From the NCBI GenBank assembly GCA_963733035.1, contig CAVTBU010000005.1, forward strand, positions 2,912,001 through 2,976,000: 64,000 nt of DNA. The letters are read 5' to 3'. The position numbers and the translations under genes are program-made. A model generated the notes under the pieces. That model had not been told where the DNA came from and made no database searches. It worked only from the letters and a program-made list of their open reading frames with translations. This DNA is from Pirellulales bacterium. GTDB lineage: Bacteria > Planctomycetota > Planctomycetia > Pirellulales > PALSA-1355. Positions 38,830 through 49,865 of this stretch are shown piece after piece; the stretch's first letter is position 1; the number at the start of each line of letters is the position of its first letter.

Positions 38830-41800
38830 CTAGGGCGCCGCGCTGTTCGCCGCGTTTGGCTTGCGCGGTGAGATCGCTTTTGGCGGTTTCGTTCGACCGC
38901 GAATTCGTGCGGGCTTTGTCGTTGGATCCGCAGTACCATCGGGTGCGGAAAGTCCGTCGTCAACGGCACCCTGCGGTGCCGCTGCCGGGGCCTGCGCCGG
39001 CGGGAGGAGGTCCGGCTAGGGGTGCGCCAAAGGGCCGCGCATTGGCCGCTTGCGGAGTCAACGGACGCGGACCGGCCGGTTGGGCGCCCGATTTGGCAGG
39101 CATGTTGCCCGACGGATTTGCGCCGGGGCGTAGTGTGCCGGAGTCGACGAGCATGTAACCGGCCCACAAGAGCGGATGGCTGGCCGTGAATTGCTCGCGG
39201 CCTGTTTCCTTGATGCGCGGCTCGCGGTCGGCTTCGAGCGGTTCGTCTGAAACCACTTGCACGCTTCGTTGCCATGCCTCGGCGGCTGAGACGTGCGGCA
39301 GCTCCTGAGCGAATTCACGCACCAGGTCGTAGCTTGATTCACCTGCGGTGCGCCAGCGGCTGATTAAGATCGTGCGGGCACCTGAGGCCATCAGGCCGCA
39401 GAGCGAGAGGAAGATGTCGCTGCCATCGGCCTGGCCTTTGCGGAGGCCGGATTCGGAAGCCGTGTGATAGCCGGGCAGGATCAACTGTTCTGGACCGGCT
39501 AGCGGAAGTGACAACCAATCGCTCAGTGTTTCGGCACTCTTGCCGCGATCGCTCTGAAGCGGAGCCCAGTCGTAGGGATTGCTGGAGGGTGGCAGATCAT
39601 CGAGCACGATCAGGCCGTCCAAGAGCACGCGGTAAAGGTGCGAAGGTGCGGTAAGCGAGCGGGGCAGGGCGACCGATCCAGGCACTGCCGGAGCGAACCG
39701 CTGGAATGCTTCGGCAGCCACCGTTTCGTCGTTCTGGGGATGCAGTTTCCCGAGGGCGACGCCAATGTTTGGGTTTGGCTTTTGGGCGCCTAGGTAGGGT
39801 ACCGCCAATCCGACGGTCGGCGCATAGCGGACTTCGGCCTGCGAAATCAGTAGCCGGCGATGGTCTGGAGACCCAATGGTCAGGGCCTCGAACGGCAAGT
39901 ACCACAGTGGACCATCGGGCACGATGACGATCTCTTGGAAGTTGCCGGTCAGATCGACATTCGACCGGTCGAGCAGCAGCGAAAGCACTTTCGCGCTGGC
40001 ATCCTTCCAGGTTTCCTTACCGAGCTCGGCGGCGGTGAGCGCATGATTGCCGTCGAAATTGCCCATTTCGCGGAGCATCGTGGCGATTTGCTTTTTCACC
40101 AAACCGGGGGAACGCACCTTCCAAATCGCAAAGCGATCGTTCGAGAACAGGAATCCGTAGAGATCTCGGCTGGTGGTGAAGAACGCTAGCAGCACCTGGC
40201 CATCGTCCAGGCTGTCCTGCACATCGCGTGTTTTGCGCAGCGGTGGAAAGACCATATCGGCCGGCTCGCGGCGCACGGCAATCTGCCTTAACAAGGTTTC
40301 CTGCGATTGGGCGACCTGACCCAACATGGCCAGCAGTTCGCTTTGTTGCAGGCGCGCATTTGCCGAGTCGTCGACAACGGGACTGGCCGCCAGCTTGGTG
40401 CGAATCGCCGCTGCCTCTTGAGCGAGCTTGGCGTACTGCGGATAGTGGGCCAGCAGATTTTCCCGCTGCAGCAGCGCTTGTTCGTTGAGCAATCCGGCCG
40501 GTCCTTCCAGGATCCAGCGCAATGCCAGCAGGCGACCGCCCATCGGCAGAGTGCTGAAGAATCGATGGCGTCGCGCGCGATCGGCGACCTCCAGGGCCAC
40601 CTCACGGTCCTTTTCGTTCTTGAGCAACAACTCGAACCAATGCTCGAGCGGAATCTCCTGGTTGCCAAGCAGCATTGAGAGGCACTCGAGTGGATCGGTT
40701 TCCCAATCGGCCGGAGCGGGGTCACGCAACACGGTTTCGTACAGCAGCAGCGCGACGCGGTCGCTCAGGGCACCTGCGGTGTAACGGCTATCGGCCAGTC
40801 CAATTTGGAAGTTCCACAGCGAACCTTGCTGCTGAAAGCCCAACGCGGCCTGCAACGTCTGGTCGCCTGCGGACACGTTGCCGATCTGATATGCGACCAA
40901 GGCGCTCAAGTAATTGAACTGCGCGCCGAGCCGACTGATGGGTAAATCGCTGCGGCTCATGGCCGCGCGAGCATTGTTGAGCAGGTTGCCCGCCTGGGCT
41001 GGATCGCCAGCCACGGCCATGTTCTCGGCCGACATGAGCAACAGCGAGGCTTGCAGGTGACGCAGGTTTTGATTTCTGGCCCAAGCCAATGCCGGTCCCA
41101 GCGGCGGGTAGGGGCCTTTTTGGTTCAACAGCAGATGCGCCTGAAAGCCCAGTCGAAAGGCCTCTTCCAGATTGAGTGGGTTCGGATAGTTGGCGCAGGC
41201 GTACGTTGCTTCCTCGCAATAGCGTGCAGCCGCCGGATAGTCGCCAGTTTCGAGCGAGATACGCCCGAGTTCTAGAAGTGCGGTGCTTGTCAGCGGGTGA
41301 TCGAACTGTCCGCCGACGAGAACCGCTGACTCAAGCGCGTTCTTGGCCTGTGGCAGATTGCCGGCGGCGGCATAGGCGCAGCCCAATTGAACGTTAATCC
41401 AGGCTTCGCTCCAATGGTTCGGTGGTCCGGGCTTGCGGGCCAGCACGTCGACGAGGTTCTGGGTCAGCGGGTCGTACTTGCAGACGGGCCCCATCAGGTC
41501 ACGCCGGCGGCGGATGGCGAGCGATGTGCAGCGGACGATTTCTGCAACGTGAACCGGAAAGGCAACCGCGGCTTGGACGACGCCTCCCTGCTGCAGAGTT
41601 TGCGTTTGATTGATCTGCCCCTGTCCCATCGTGAACGTTTCGCTAAACGCGCCCACGTTGCGCCCCGCTTGCTTTGACCCCAGGGAGTAGCCCGCACGGC
41701 ATTGATCGCCGGAGCAATGCCCTGAGGAAACTGGACGCGCATCATCCAGTCGGAATAGTTCACGTAGATCTTGAGTGCGGCGTCGTACTGCGCGAGGGCC

Positions 41801-42135
41801 AATTTCGGCTGGCCCAACTGGTGGTAACACTCGCCGGCCATCGTGTAGTACACGATGGCATCGATCCACTGGCTGTTGGCGTTCTTGATGCCCCCGCGCG
41901 CTTCTGCCGAAAACAACGCTAGCGAGTTGCGAAAATTGCCACTGAAGTAGGAAGGCAGGGTCGTGAAGTAGATCGGCGAGGGGACCTGTTGGGCCGCGCC
42001 GGTGCCGGTCGCGGGGGCAAGGAATTGACCGGTCACCTGGCCACGAGCGTTTAATGCTAGGAGCGCCAGCATCAGGCCGAATGAGGCCACGAAGGAACCA
42101 ATCGATCCAAAGCGGCAAGCAGCGCAACGGAGCAT
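38830..42135 (-). CDS. Secreted TPR and CHAT-domain protein lacking the catalytic dyad; frameshift near 41660 and probably near 38995
   Basis: Signal-like N-terminus in ORF 41494..42180; TPR-like helices; CHAT motifs IVPDGPLWYLPFEAL, GARTILISRW, WAGYMLV. Stop at 38960 as read, or 38830 if a GC was dropped. Confidence 0.78.
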
Positions 42136-42507
42136 GGCCAACGGGCCTCCCTGGCGACCGCGCCTCGCGTGTGCCTGCATGGATATCAGGCGGGGCGCAA
42201 GCAGAATTATTGTTCCGGACCTCGAACAAGTTTCATCATACCCAACTTCTCCAGCTGGGGCGAATTTCGGCCGCCGGTGCTAGCGGTTTGGTCTTTTGGA
42301 CGTGCAGGCGTGCGGCACGGTTACAGGGGAAACGCGTGTTTTTCCTCCTGGCGGCCAAAGATGTCAAAGTCTGCCGATTGTGCCGGCCGATAACCTAGCC
42401 TGCGGATTGTAGCGGAGAGGTTGAGATTGCTGGTTGGCGAGTCGCCGTGTGCGGTACTCGCGGCTGGTCAATTCTCATCGTGCCGGCTCCACGGAGGTGA
42501 GATTCCG

Positions 42508-42750
42508 ATGCGGTTGAGTAACGAACGACGGCACTCCTGGCGACGGGCGCTCTATGGATTGGGCATGACTGCCGTCCTGGGGGCGACCACCGGGTGCCAG
42601 GTGGATATCGGTGGCCAAACACTACCGAGTCCCTGGTACCAAACCGACGATATTCAGTACTTCCCGCCAGGACCGGAATTCAAGTTGTCGCGTGAAGCGG
42701 CCGCTCAGAAGGCGTTTTCCGAAGGCCAGGCGGCGAGCCAACAACCGTAA
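42508..42750 (+). CDS. Small putative lipoprotein
   Basis: SD GGAGGTG; lipobox-like ATTGC; QTLPSPWYQTDDIQYFPPGPEFKL. Confidence 0.75.
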   Translation: MRLSNERRHSWRRALYGLGMTAVLGATTGCQVDIGGQTLPSPWYQTDDIQYFPPGPEFKLSREAAAQKAFSEGQAASQQP

Positions 42751-42907
42751 GAAGCGTAATTGAACCATGCTCTCGGCCGTAGTCGCGGCCGGGTGCATGT
42801 GGAGTTTCGTCGAATGCCTGTTCCTCAGCGGGGTGTCTTTCTCGCTTGGCCTTTGGCCGCGCTGGATCGATACCGCGGAATCGGCGCAGGCATTGGGGGG
42901 GACGACG

Positions 42908-42989
42908 CCCTCGGCGGCTGACGTTTAGGACGGACGCGCTCGTGCCAAGCGGGCGCGCCTTGAACGTCAGCGGCCGGGGTCCTTTTTTT
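42908..42989 (+). terminator. Long imperfect hairpin followed by T7 (terminator or attenuator)
   Basis: GCTGACGTT (42917-42925) pairs with AACGTCAGC (42963-42971); inner CGCGCTCGT/GCGGGCGCG; TTTTTTT at 42983-42989. Confidence 0.55.
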
Positions 42990-43016
42990 CCTGCGAGCAC
43001 TCGAGTTCGACGGGCA

Positions 43017-43397
43017 ATGAACGTCATGGATGTGCAACTTCCGCCTGAGGTCCAGCACTGGGCCAACCTGTTTCTTGTCTGGGTTGGATTCGGGACGCTG
43101 GTTGGCCTGATGGCCAAAGCGGTGATGCCCGGCCGCGATCCGGGCGGAGCCATCGCCACGCTGGCGATGGGCGTTGGCGGAACGGTTATCGGCTGCGCCG
43201 TGTTAACCTACTTCTCGGGCCACCACGTAACCCCTGTGAGTCCGTTGGGATTCGTGGTCGCGACGGCCGGCGCTTTTCTGTTGCTGTTTTTCTACCGCCT
43301 GCTAGGTGGCCGCTACTTCTACGAAGGCGATCGCGCCGTCGTGGCGACTGGCGTTCGGATGCGTCGCCGTCGCGTCTACACTCAAATCGAGGATTAA
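43017..43397 (+). CDS. GlsB/YeaQ/YmgE (transglycosylase-associated) membrane protein
   Basis: WVGFGTLVGLMAKAVMPGRDPGG, three TM helices. Confidence 0.85.
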   Translation: MNVMDVQLPPEVQHWANLFLVWVGFGTLVGLMAKAVMPGRDPGGAIATLAMGVGGTVIGCAVLTYFSGHHVTPVSPLGFVVATAGAFLLLFFYRLLGGRYFYEGDRAVVATGVRMRRRRVYTQIED

Positions 43398-43426
43398 GCC
43401 CGTCGCTGCCGTTTGCGACGGCGCGG

Positions 43427-44557
43427 TTATTTGCTGGGGGCGGGCACGGTTCCGCCGTGCCACCAGCGCTGGAAGTTGCGCTTCGCCCGCATCAACCGCG
43501 CAATGGGCACGTCTGCCGGGAAGTGCGAATAGCGGAAGCTGGGTCGCGCCTCGGTCAACCAATATCGCTTGCATTCCAGATAGCCCGGACCGAGATTGTA
43601 GAGCCGATCGCCGCGAGCGAAACTATCGGCAATCATCCGGGCTTGGAGGACGGTACCGGCGCCTTCGTTTGTGGCCGTGGCATCGTAGCCGGTGCGAAGC
43701 CCGAATATGTTGCCGGCGCAACGGTAGGCATAGTTGAAGGCGACCGGTCGCGAGTCGACCAGCAACAGGTTCAAGTCGAGCGCCCCGGAGCGGGCGGCCA
43801 CCGCGTGGCACTCGCGGAGAAACGCCTTGATGCCGCCGTGTACAAGCGTCGTACCGGTTGTGGATTTGGCTTGCCAACTAGCGCTGGCAATCGCCTCGCA
43901 GGCTTCGTAGAGGTCCCAGCGCGGATTGGCGTCGTTGTGGGCGTCGGGCCGGTAGCGTTGGTACGTTACTTTGCCGCGGCCGGCGAGTTTCTTTTCACTG
44001 CGCCGGACGTTATTGCGCCAGCGGCTTTCACGCGACGCCCAATAGGCCTCCCAATCTGGAAATTGATCGAGACGAATCAGGGCACTGGTGTGCCGCGGTT
44101 CGCTGGTGGCCTCGAGACCGATGGCGGCCAGGGTTTGCTGCGTGCAGCCGGCATCGTCCCCCAGCGTATCGACCCAAGGCAATTCAATGATTTGCCAGTC
44201 GCGCGGCGTGCGACGGATGTGTGCCAGTCCGGTGGCCAGTGTGCGGGCCGGGTCGGGCCCGATCGGTCCGAAGTAGCTCCCCCAATCGTCCAGCGGATAA
44301 GTCAGGACTCGGACGCCCGCCATTCTTCGACGGCTGGAGCGCACGACCAACGGCACGATTCCGGTTACGGTTCCGTTATCGTCTTCGACGACCAGAACGC
44401 GGAGACGCTGCCGATCGCCGAAGTGTTTCCAGTAGCTCGCCAGCCACTGAGCCGATTGGAAGAATGTGGCGCCGGGTGTTTGGCCCAGCAGCTTGTCCCA
44501 AATGGGGAAAATCGGCACGAGGTCGCCAGGATCGTTGATTTCGCGGACCAGAGACAT
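43427..44557 (-). CDS. GNAT acetyltransferase (CelD/BcsL-like)
   Basis: ATFFQSAQWL, GIVPL, TGYD...GAGTVL, NLGPGYLECKRYW. Confidence 0.85.
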   Translation of the reverse strand: MSLVREINDPGDLVPIFPIWDKLLGQTPGATFFQSAQWLASYWKHFGDRQRLRVLVVEDDNGTVTGIVPLVVRSSRRRMAGVRVLTYPLDDWGSYFGPIGPDPARTLATGLAHIRRTPRDWQIIELPWVDTLGDDAGCTQQTLAAIGLEATSEPRHTSALIRLDQFPDWEAYWASRESRWRNNVRRSEKKLAGRGKVTYQRYRPDAHNDANPRWDLYEACEAIASASWQAKSTTGTTLVHGGIKAFLRECHAVAARSGALDLNLLLVDSRPVAFNYAYRCAGNIFGLRTGYDATATNEGAGTVLQARMIADSFARGDRLYNLGPGYLECKRYWLTEARPSFRYSHFPADVPIARLMRAKRNFQRWWHGGTVPAPSK

Positions 44558-44941
44558 GGACGGCAACGGGGTAGAAGATGTGGGCGGTCGAAAGTGCTGT
44601 CGCCACCCTTCCCGTTGCAACCGATGTTCCCGCCGGCCGAGTCGACGGGGGATGCGAGTCGCTTAAGGGGTGATTATGATTGAGGTTGCGGCCCGTTGTT
44701 GCCGGCGACGACAATTCGCCACGCGTGGCATTCTGGCAACGAGGACCGCCGTGGGCGTTGCCTGAAGGCAACATCGGGGCCAGCAGTGGATGGGTGGGAC
44801 CGCGGAAAAATCACTCGTGCTGGCGGTGGAGAATTGACAGAATGGCAGCATGCCAAGCCTTCGGAACTTCCGTACGACTTGCGGTGTTCAATTTCGTGTA
44901 GCAGTTCGAGAGGCGCAACGCTTTGCCGCGTAGGGAGCTTG

Positions 44942-46588
44942 ATGAAAGTGACAAAGTTTCAAACGATCCCGCTCGTCCGAAATGTGCTGTTGGCCGGATG
45001 GCTCGGCGTCGTGGTTTGTCCGGGGTTGTTGGCCGCTGAGCTGCGGCCGGAGGCGGTGGCCGAGCATATCGATCAGCTATTGGCCCAGGAGCAATTTGGC
45101 GGCGATGATTCTGCCGAACCGGCCAAGCAGGCGAATGACGAAGTTTTTCTGCGTCGGCTGACGCTCGATCTGATCGGAATTCCACCCACGCCGGCGGAGA
45201 TCACGGCTTTCGCCTTGGATCCTTCGGCTGACAAGCGCACCCGCGCCGTCGAACGACTGTTGGCCGACGAGCGGTTTGGCGAAAACTGGGCTCGCTATTG
45301 GCGCGATGTCATCATGTATCGTCGCAGCGAGGATCGTGCATTGCGTGCCTCGGGGACGCTGGTCGCGTTCTTGACCGATGCGTTCAACAGCAACTCGCAT
45401 TGGGACGAAATCGCCCGCGAATTCATCACGGCCACCGGCGACATTCAAGAAGCCGGCGCCACGGCGATTGTGATGGCCCAGATGGCCAATGCCGAGGATT
45501 TCACGGCTGAAGTCTCGCGGATTTTCATGGGCATCCAGATTCAATGTGCCCAGTGTCACGACCATCCGACCGATCGTTGGAAGCGCGAACAATTTCACGA
45601 GTTGGCCGCATTCTTCCCGCGCGTCGCCGTTCGGCCTGTGCGTGTCGACGGCAAACAGCGCTCGTTCGAGGTGGTTTCGGTCGACCGTGGTCCGAAGAAC
45701 AAGCGTCCGAATCCCCGGCGTGGCAGCCTGGAGCATTACATGCCGGACTTGGATCATCCCGAGGAACAGGGCAAGCTGATGCAGCCGGTGTTTTTTGTGA
45801 CTGGGCAGAAGCTCGAAACTGGCGTGGCCGACGCCGACCGCCGAGGCACGGTCGCCGATTGGATCACCGATCGCAACGACCGCTGGTTCTCGAAGGCATT
45901 CGTCAATCGGGTCTGGTCGGAGATGGTGGGCCGTGGTTTCTACGAGCCCGTTGACGACATTGGCCCTGATCGACAATGTTCCGCGCCGAAGACACTCGAT
46001 TATCTGGCGAATCGCTTCACCGCCAATAAGTACGATGTGAAATGGCTCTATCAAGCGATCGCCGCAACCAAGGCTTACGGTCGGGAGAGCCGCTCGCGAA
46101 TCGATGACCAGTCAGCTCCCTTTGAGGCGGCCTGTCCGCAACGGTTGCGCGCCGACCAGTTGTATAACGCCTTGCTGGAAGTCCTGGGGCTTCCCGAGCC
46201 GCAAGGTCGCGACCGCGGAGGTTTCCGTTACGCTGCCGGCGGCGCGCGTGGTCAGATGAATCTGACCTTCGGCTACGACCCCAGCGTCCGCCGCGACGAG
46301 ATTATGGGCTCAATCCCGCAGGCATTGTTCTTGATGAACGCGCCGGAACTGGCGCGGGCGATCAACGGCAAACAGAATAGCACCGCGCTTGGAAAGTTGC
46401 TGGCGGACGTCGCGGACGATGAGACCGTCGTTTCAGAACTGTATCTGAAATGTCTTGCGCGGGAGCCCAAGAAGTCCGAAATGCAAACCTGCCTGGACTA
46501 CGTGCAAACCAGCACCGACCGGGACACGGCGTTCGAGGATATCCTCTGGGCGCTGGTGAATTCCACCGAGTTTTTGAATCGCCAATAA
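44942..46588 (+). CDS. DUF1549/DUF1553 (PSD1) planctomycete protein
   Basis: FLRRLTLDLIG, CAQCHDHP, VNRVW, WALVNSTEFL. Confidence 0.9.
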   Translation: MKVTKFQTIPLVRNVLLAGWLGVVVCPGLLAAELRPEAVAEHIDQLLAQEQFGGDDSAEPAKQANDEVFLRRLTLDLIGIPPTPAEITAFALDPSADKRTRAVERLLADERFGENWARYWRDVIMYRRSEDRALRASGTLVAFLTDAFNSNSHWDEIAREFITATGDIQEAGATAIVMAQMANAEDFTAEVSRIFMGIQIQCAQCHDHPTDRWKREQFHELAAFFPRVAVRPVRVDGKQRSFEVVSVDRGPKNKRPNPRRGSLEHYMPDLDHPEEQGKLMQPVFFVTGQKLETGVADADRRGTVADWITDRNDRWFSKAFVNRVWSEMVGRGFYEPVDDIGPDRQCSAPKTLDYLANRFTANKYDVKWLYQAIAATKAYGRESRSRIDDQSAPFEAACPQRLRADQLYNALLEVLGLPEPQGRDRGGFRYAAGGARGQMNLTFGYDPSVRRDEIMGSIPQALFLMNAPELARAINGKQNSTALGKLLADVADDETVVSELYLKCLAREPKKSEMQTCLDYVQTSTDRDTAFEDILWALVNSTEFLNRQ

Positions 46589-46658
46589 ACCGCATCACTC
46601 AAATTCTGTGCCCGACGTTCGCGGCGGGCTTGGTTTGAAGACGAGGATGAACGATCCC

Positions 46659-47960
46659 ATGACACTCCATTTGCGCCACCAGGTCGACGTTTCCGTTTCT
46701 CGCGGTGGAGCCGTTCGCCGCCGCGACTTCCTGCGCGGGATTGCCGCGGCCAGCGTTGCCGCTGGGACGCTCAGTTGGCGCGACATGGTGGCCTTGCAGG
46801 CTCGCGAGCTCCAAAAGCGCGGCAAGTCGATTATTCTCTTGTGGATGGCAGGCGGCCCGAGCCAATTCGAGACTTTCAGTCCCAAGCCGGGACATGCGAA
46901 CGGCGGTGACACGAAAGCCATTGATACCTCCGTGTCGGGAATTCAAATCAGCGAAAACTTTCCCCACGTGGCGAAAGTGATGCACGAGGCGGCCCTGATT
47001 CGCTCGATGACCAGCAAAGAGGGAAGTCACCCTCGAGCTTCCTATTTGATGCATACCGGCTACTTGCCCACGGCGAGCGTCAAGTATCCGGCGTTTGGGT
47101 CGATCGTGGCACAACAGAGTCCCCGAGCCGAGTTGGACCTGCCGGCCTTTGTGCGGATTGGTGCGGGGGGCCGCGACACCGGCGGCGGTGGCCTGCTAGG
47201 CGTGGAGTTCGATCCGTTTGTCATGCCCGCGGCGGGCAAGCCACCGACCAATACGCAGCTGACCACGCCCGTGGATCGTTACAGTCGGCGGCTTGGTTTA
47301 TTGGGGCGTCTTGAGTCCGATCAAGCCTCCTCAGGCGCGGGTCACGAAGTTGCCGAACACCAGAAACTATATCAAACGGCTTCGCGGATGATTCTCAGTT
47401 CGCAGATGACGGCCTTCGACCTCGACCAGGAACCAGCAACGGTTCGCGAAGCGTACGGCAACTCGCAGTTTGGCTTGGGCTGCTTACTGGCACGGCGTCT
47501 CGTGGAGACGGGCGTTCCCAGCATCGAGGTCACGTTGGGTGGTTGGGACACCCATTTCGAGAACTTTCCCCGCGTGAAGGAATTGGCCGGGCAGGTCGAT
47601 CAACCGTTGGCCAATTTGATTTCCGACCTTAAGCAACGGGGTCTGCTTGAATCCACGCTAATCGTCTGGATGGGAGAGTTCGGCCGCACGCCGCGAATCA
47701 ATCCCCGTGCAGGACGCGACCACTATCCCCGCGCCTTCAATGTTCTGCTGGCCGGCGGCGGCATTCAGGGGGGCCAGGTCATTGGCAGCACCGATGTGTC
47801 CGGCAGCGAGGTCGACGATCGGCCGGTTGGTCCCGCCGACTTGCTGCAAACGTTCTGCAAGAGCCTGGAAATCGATCCGTCGTTCGAGAACATCGCGCCC
47901 AACGGGCGACCAGTCAAGATCGTCGACGGCGGCACGGCGGTCGCGGAACTTTTTGGCTGA
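46659..47960 (+). CDS. DUF1501 domain protein
   Basis: RRRDFL Tat-like, GGPSQFETF, WDTH, GEFGRTP, GRDHY. Confidence 0.9.
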   Translation: MTLHLRHQVDVSVSRGGAVRRRDFLRGIAAASVAAGTLSWRDMVALQARELQKRGKSIILLWMAGGPSQFETFSPKPGHANGGDTKAIDTSVSGIQISENFPHVAKVMHEAALIRSMTSKEGSHPRASYLMHTGYLPTASVKYPAFGSIVAQQSPRAELDLPAFVRIGAGGRDTGGGGLLGVEFDPFVMPAAGKPPTNTQLTTPVDRYSRRLGLLGRLESDQASSGAGHEVAEHQKLYQTASRMILSSQMTAFDLDQEPATVREAYGNSQFGLGCLLARRLVETGVPSIEVTLGGWDTHFENFPRVKELAGQVDQPLANLISDLKQRGLLESTLIVWMGEFGRTPRINPRAGRDHYPRAFNVLLAGGGIQGGQVIGSTDVSGSEVDDRPVGPADLLQTFCKSLEIDPSFENIAPNGRPVKIVDGGTAVAELFG

Positions 47961-48060
47961 GACGGTGTCGCGTCGAGCCGTCGATCGCGCGGGATGGGCG
48001 TTATTTTGGCACATGCTGTTGCAGGCTTGTGCCCCCTCAAAAATTAACGCCCCTGGGGGG

Positions 48061-48088
48061 TTGGATTCCGTTGTGTTCAATGTACGAT
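48061..48088 (+). promoter_or_regulatory. Promoter TTGGAT-N16-TACGAT, 7 nt before the marR ATG, with imperfect dyad CGTTG-N4-CAATG in the spacer
   Basis: -10 at 48083-48088, ATG at 48096; dyad at 48069-48082. Confidence 0.55.
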
Positions 48089-48095
48089 AGGCAGC

Positions 48096-48596
48096 ATGAG
48101 CGCTCAGTTACCAGAAGTGAAGTCCCGCGCGCCACATTTTGATTCTCTTGAGCAAGAGGCATTTCTAAACCTCTGGCGCACGTACGATCGGTTGCATGTC
48201 ATTGAAGAGGAACTCTTTGCCCGCTTCGAGTTGACGCCGCAGCAGTACAATGCGTTGCGGCTGTTGCGCGGACAGGGTGAGGGCAAACTCGCGACGCTCG
48301 CGTTGGCAAGTCGGCTCGTCTCTCGAGCCCCCGACATCACGCGCTTGTTAGACAAACTCGAAGAGCGCGGCTTGGTTGAGCGCGAGCGGCCGCCAGACAA
48401 TCGTCGCGTGGTGTTGATCGGTTTGACTGATCGTGGGCGTGAGTTGTTGTCGACGCTCGACGAGCAGGTGCGGGCGTGTCACACTCGGCAACTGGGTCAT
48501 CTCGGTCCTCAGCAACTGGCGCAACTGGTGGCCCTGCTCAAGGCGGCCCGCGCGCCCCACGAGGATCCAGGAAGTCATTGGATTCCGGCAGTATAA
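48096..48596 (+). CDS. MarR-family transcriptional regulator
   Basis: LTPQQYNALRLL, PDITRLLDKLEERGLV, DNRRVVLIGLT. Confidence 0.92.
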   Translation: MSAQLPEVKSRAPHFDSLEQEAFLNLWRTYDRLHVIEEELFARFELTPQQYNALRLLRGQGEGKLATLALASRLVSRAPDITRLLDKLEERGLVERERPPDNRRVVLIGLTDRGRELLSTLDEQVRACHTRQLGHLGPQQLAQLVALLKAARAPHEDPGSHWIPAV

Positions 48597-48644
48597 TAGC
48601 GTCGCTTCCCTGCGACCCAAGCTGCCCGCTGAAGGACCCGTTTC

Positions 48645-49676
48645 GTGCCGCCTCTGCCTCCGCTCCCCGACGTGCGCCGTTTCGATTCCGATAATGGCGT
48701 TCGCATCTATCGGATCTCAAGCGAAGCCTTTCCCGGCTTCGTCGTCCACGTTTATTTGCTGCTTGAAGCGGGCGTGCCGACGCTGATCGATGCTGGCAGC
48801 GGCTTTGGGGACGCAAACGCACAGCTAATGACCGGCCTGGAGAGGGTGCGAACCGAGTTCGGCGAGTCGGTCAGCCCGGCTGATATCAAGCGGATCATCA
48901 TCACGCACGGCCACATCGATCACTTTGGCGGCCTGGCATTTCTGCATCAACAAATGCCGCAGGCTGAGATTGCGATTCACCAACTTGACGCTCGGATTCT
49001 CACCGCCTTTGAAGAGCGAGTGGCGGTAGCGAAGAAGGCGATCAAGCAGTTTCTGCAACAAGCTGGCGTGGGTGGGGCAATGTTGCAGGGGTTTTTGGAC
49101 GTCTATGGATATTCGAAGAAGAACATGCACAGCTTGCCAGTGGCCCGCACCCTGGCCGATCACGACGAATGGGACGGCATGCGATTCATCCATACACCCG
49201 GCCATTGCCCGGGTCAGGTATGCATTGCGATCGGCGATGTCTTGTTGAGCGCCGACCATGTGCTGCCGGAAATCTCGCCGCACCAGGCACCCGAAAGCAT
49301 CATGCCGTACACGGGTCTGGGGCACTACCTCGATTCACTGCACAAGATCGGCCAAGTGCCTGGTATTCGACTGACACTGGGCGGACATCAGGGGCCAATC
49401 GACGACGTCTACAAGCGCGTCGCGGACATTCGTCAAGGCCATGAGCGGAAGCTGGAAAAGATTCTGGACGTGATCCGCAGATCGCCGGAACCGTTGACGG
49501 TGAACGACGTATCTCAGCAACTCTATGTTCACGTGAAGGGGTTTCACGTGTTGCTGGCCATCGAGGAAGTAGCCGCACACGTCGAGTATTTGTATCAGCA
49601 CAACCGCCTGGCGATCGCGAATCTCGATCAATACCAGGCGGAGGACAATCCGGCGATACGCTACGTGGTGGCGTAA
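48645..49676 (+). CDS. MBL-fold metallo-hydrolase with C-terminal winged helix
   Basis: THGHIDHFGG, HTPGHCPG, ADH, GGH. Confidence 0.9.
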   Translation: MPPLPPLPDVRRFDSDNGVRIYRISSEAFPGFVVHVYLLLEAGVPTLIDAGSGFGDANAQLMTGLERVRTEFGESVSPADIKRIIITHGHIDHFGGLAFLHQQMPQAEIAIHQLDARILTAFEERVAVAKKAIKQFLQQAGVGGAMLQGFLDVYGYSKKNMHSLPVARTLADHDEWDGMRFIHTPGHCPGQVCIAIGDVLLSADHVLPEISPHQAPESIMPYTGLGHYLDSLHKIGQVPGIRLTLGGHQGPIDDVYKRVADIRQGHERKLEKILDVIRRSPEPLTVNDVSQQLYVHVKGFHVLLAIEEVAAHVEYLYQHNRLAIANLDQYQAEDNPAIRYVVA

Positions 49677-49865
49677 GTGTTCTCGGCGAGCGAACTTACC
49701 ACGCCCGTGGCGTGACCTCTGGGGGACGCTGTGGCAGCGCTGCGTGGTTTGTCGCGATTCACTGGCCGCACCACGCGTCTGCTACACTTGAGCTGGACCC
49801 GGCGGGCGTTTCGCCAGGTTGTTTGTTGACATCGGATTTTTCACGAAGACGACTGGAGGTGCCTG

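Noticed and set aside
38947..38956. GGAAAGTCCG resembling the RNase P RNA conserved segment
   Set aside because: Other conserved RNase P elements are absent, and it lies antisense to the probable CHAT gene tail
42364..42393. sigma28-like GCCGATAA upstream of the small lipoprotein
   Set aside because: The -10 matches but the -35 spacing is off; too weak to call
42767..42928. 53-codon ORF MLSAVVAAG...
   Set aside because: No SD or recognisable features, and it overlaps strong hairpins better explained as RNA structure
48007..48023. TGGCAC...TTGCA sigma54-like site before marR
   Set aside because: GG-GC spacing is 11 rather than the required 10, and the sequence is part of a hairpin
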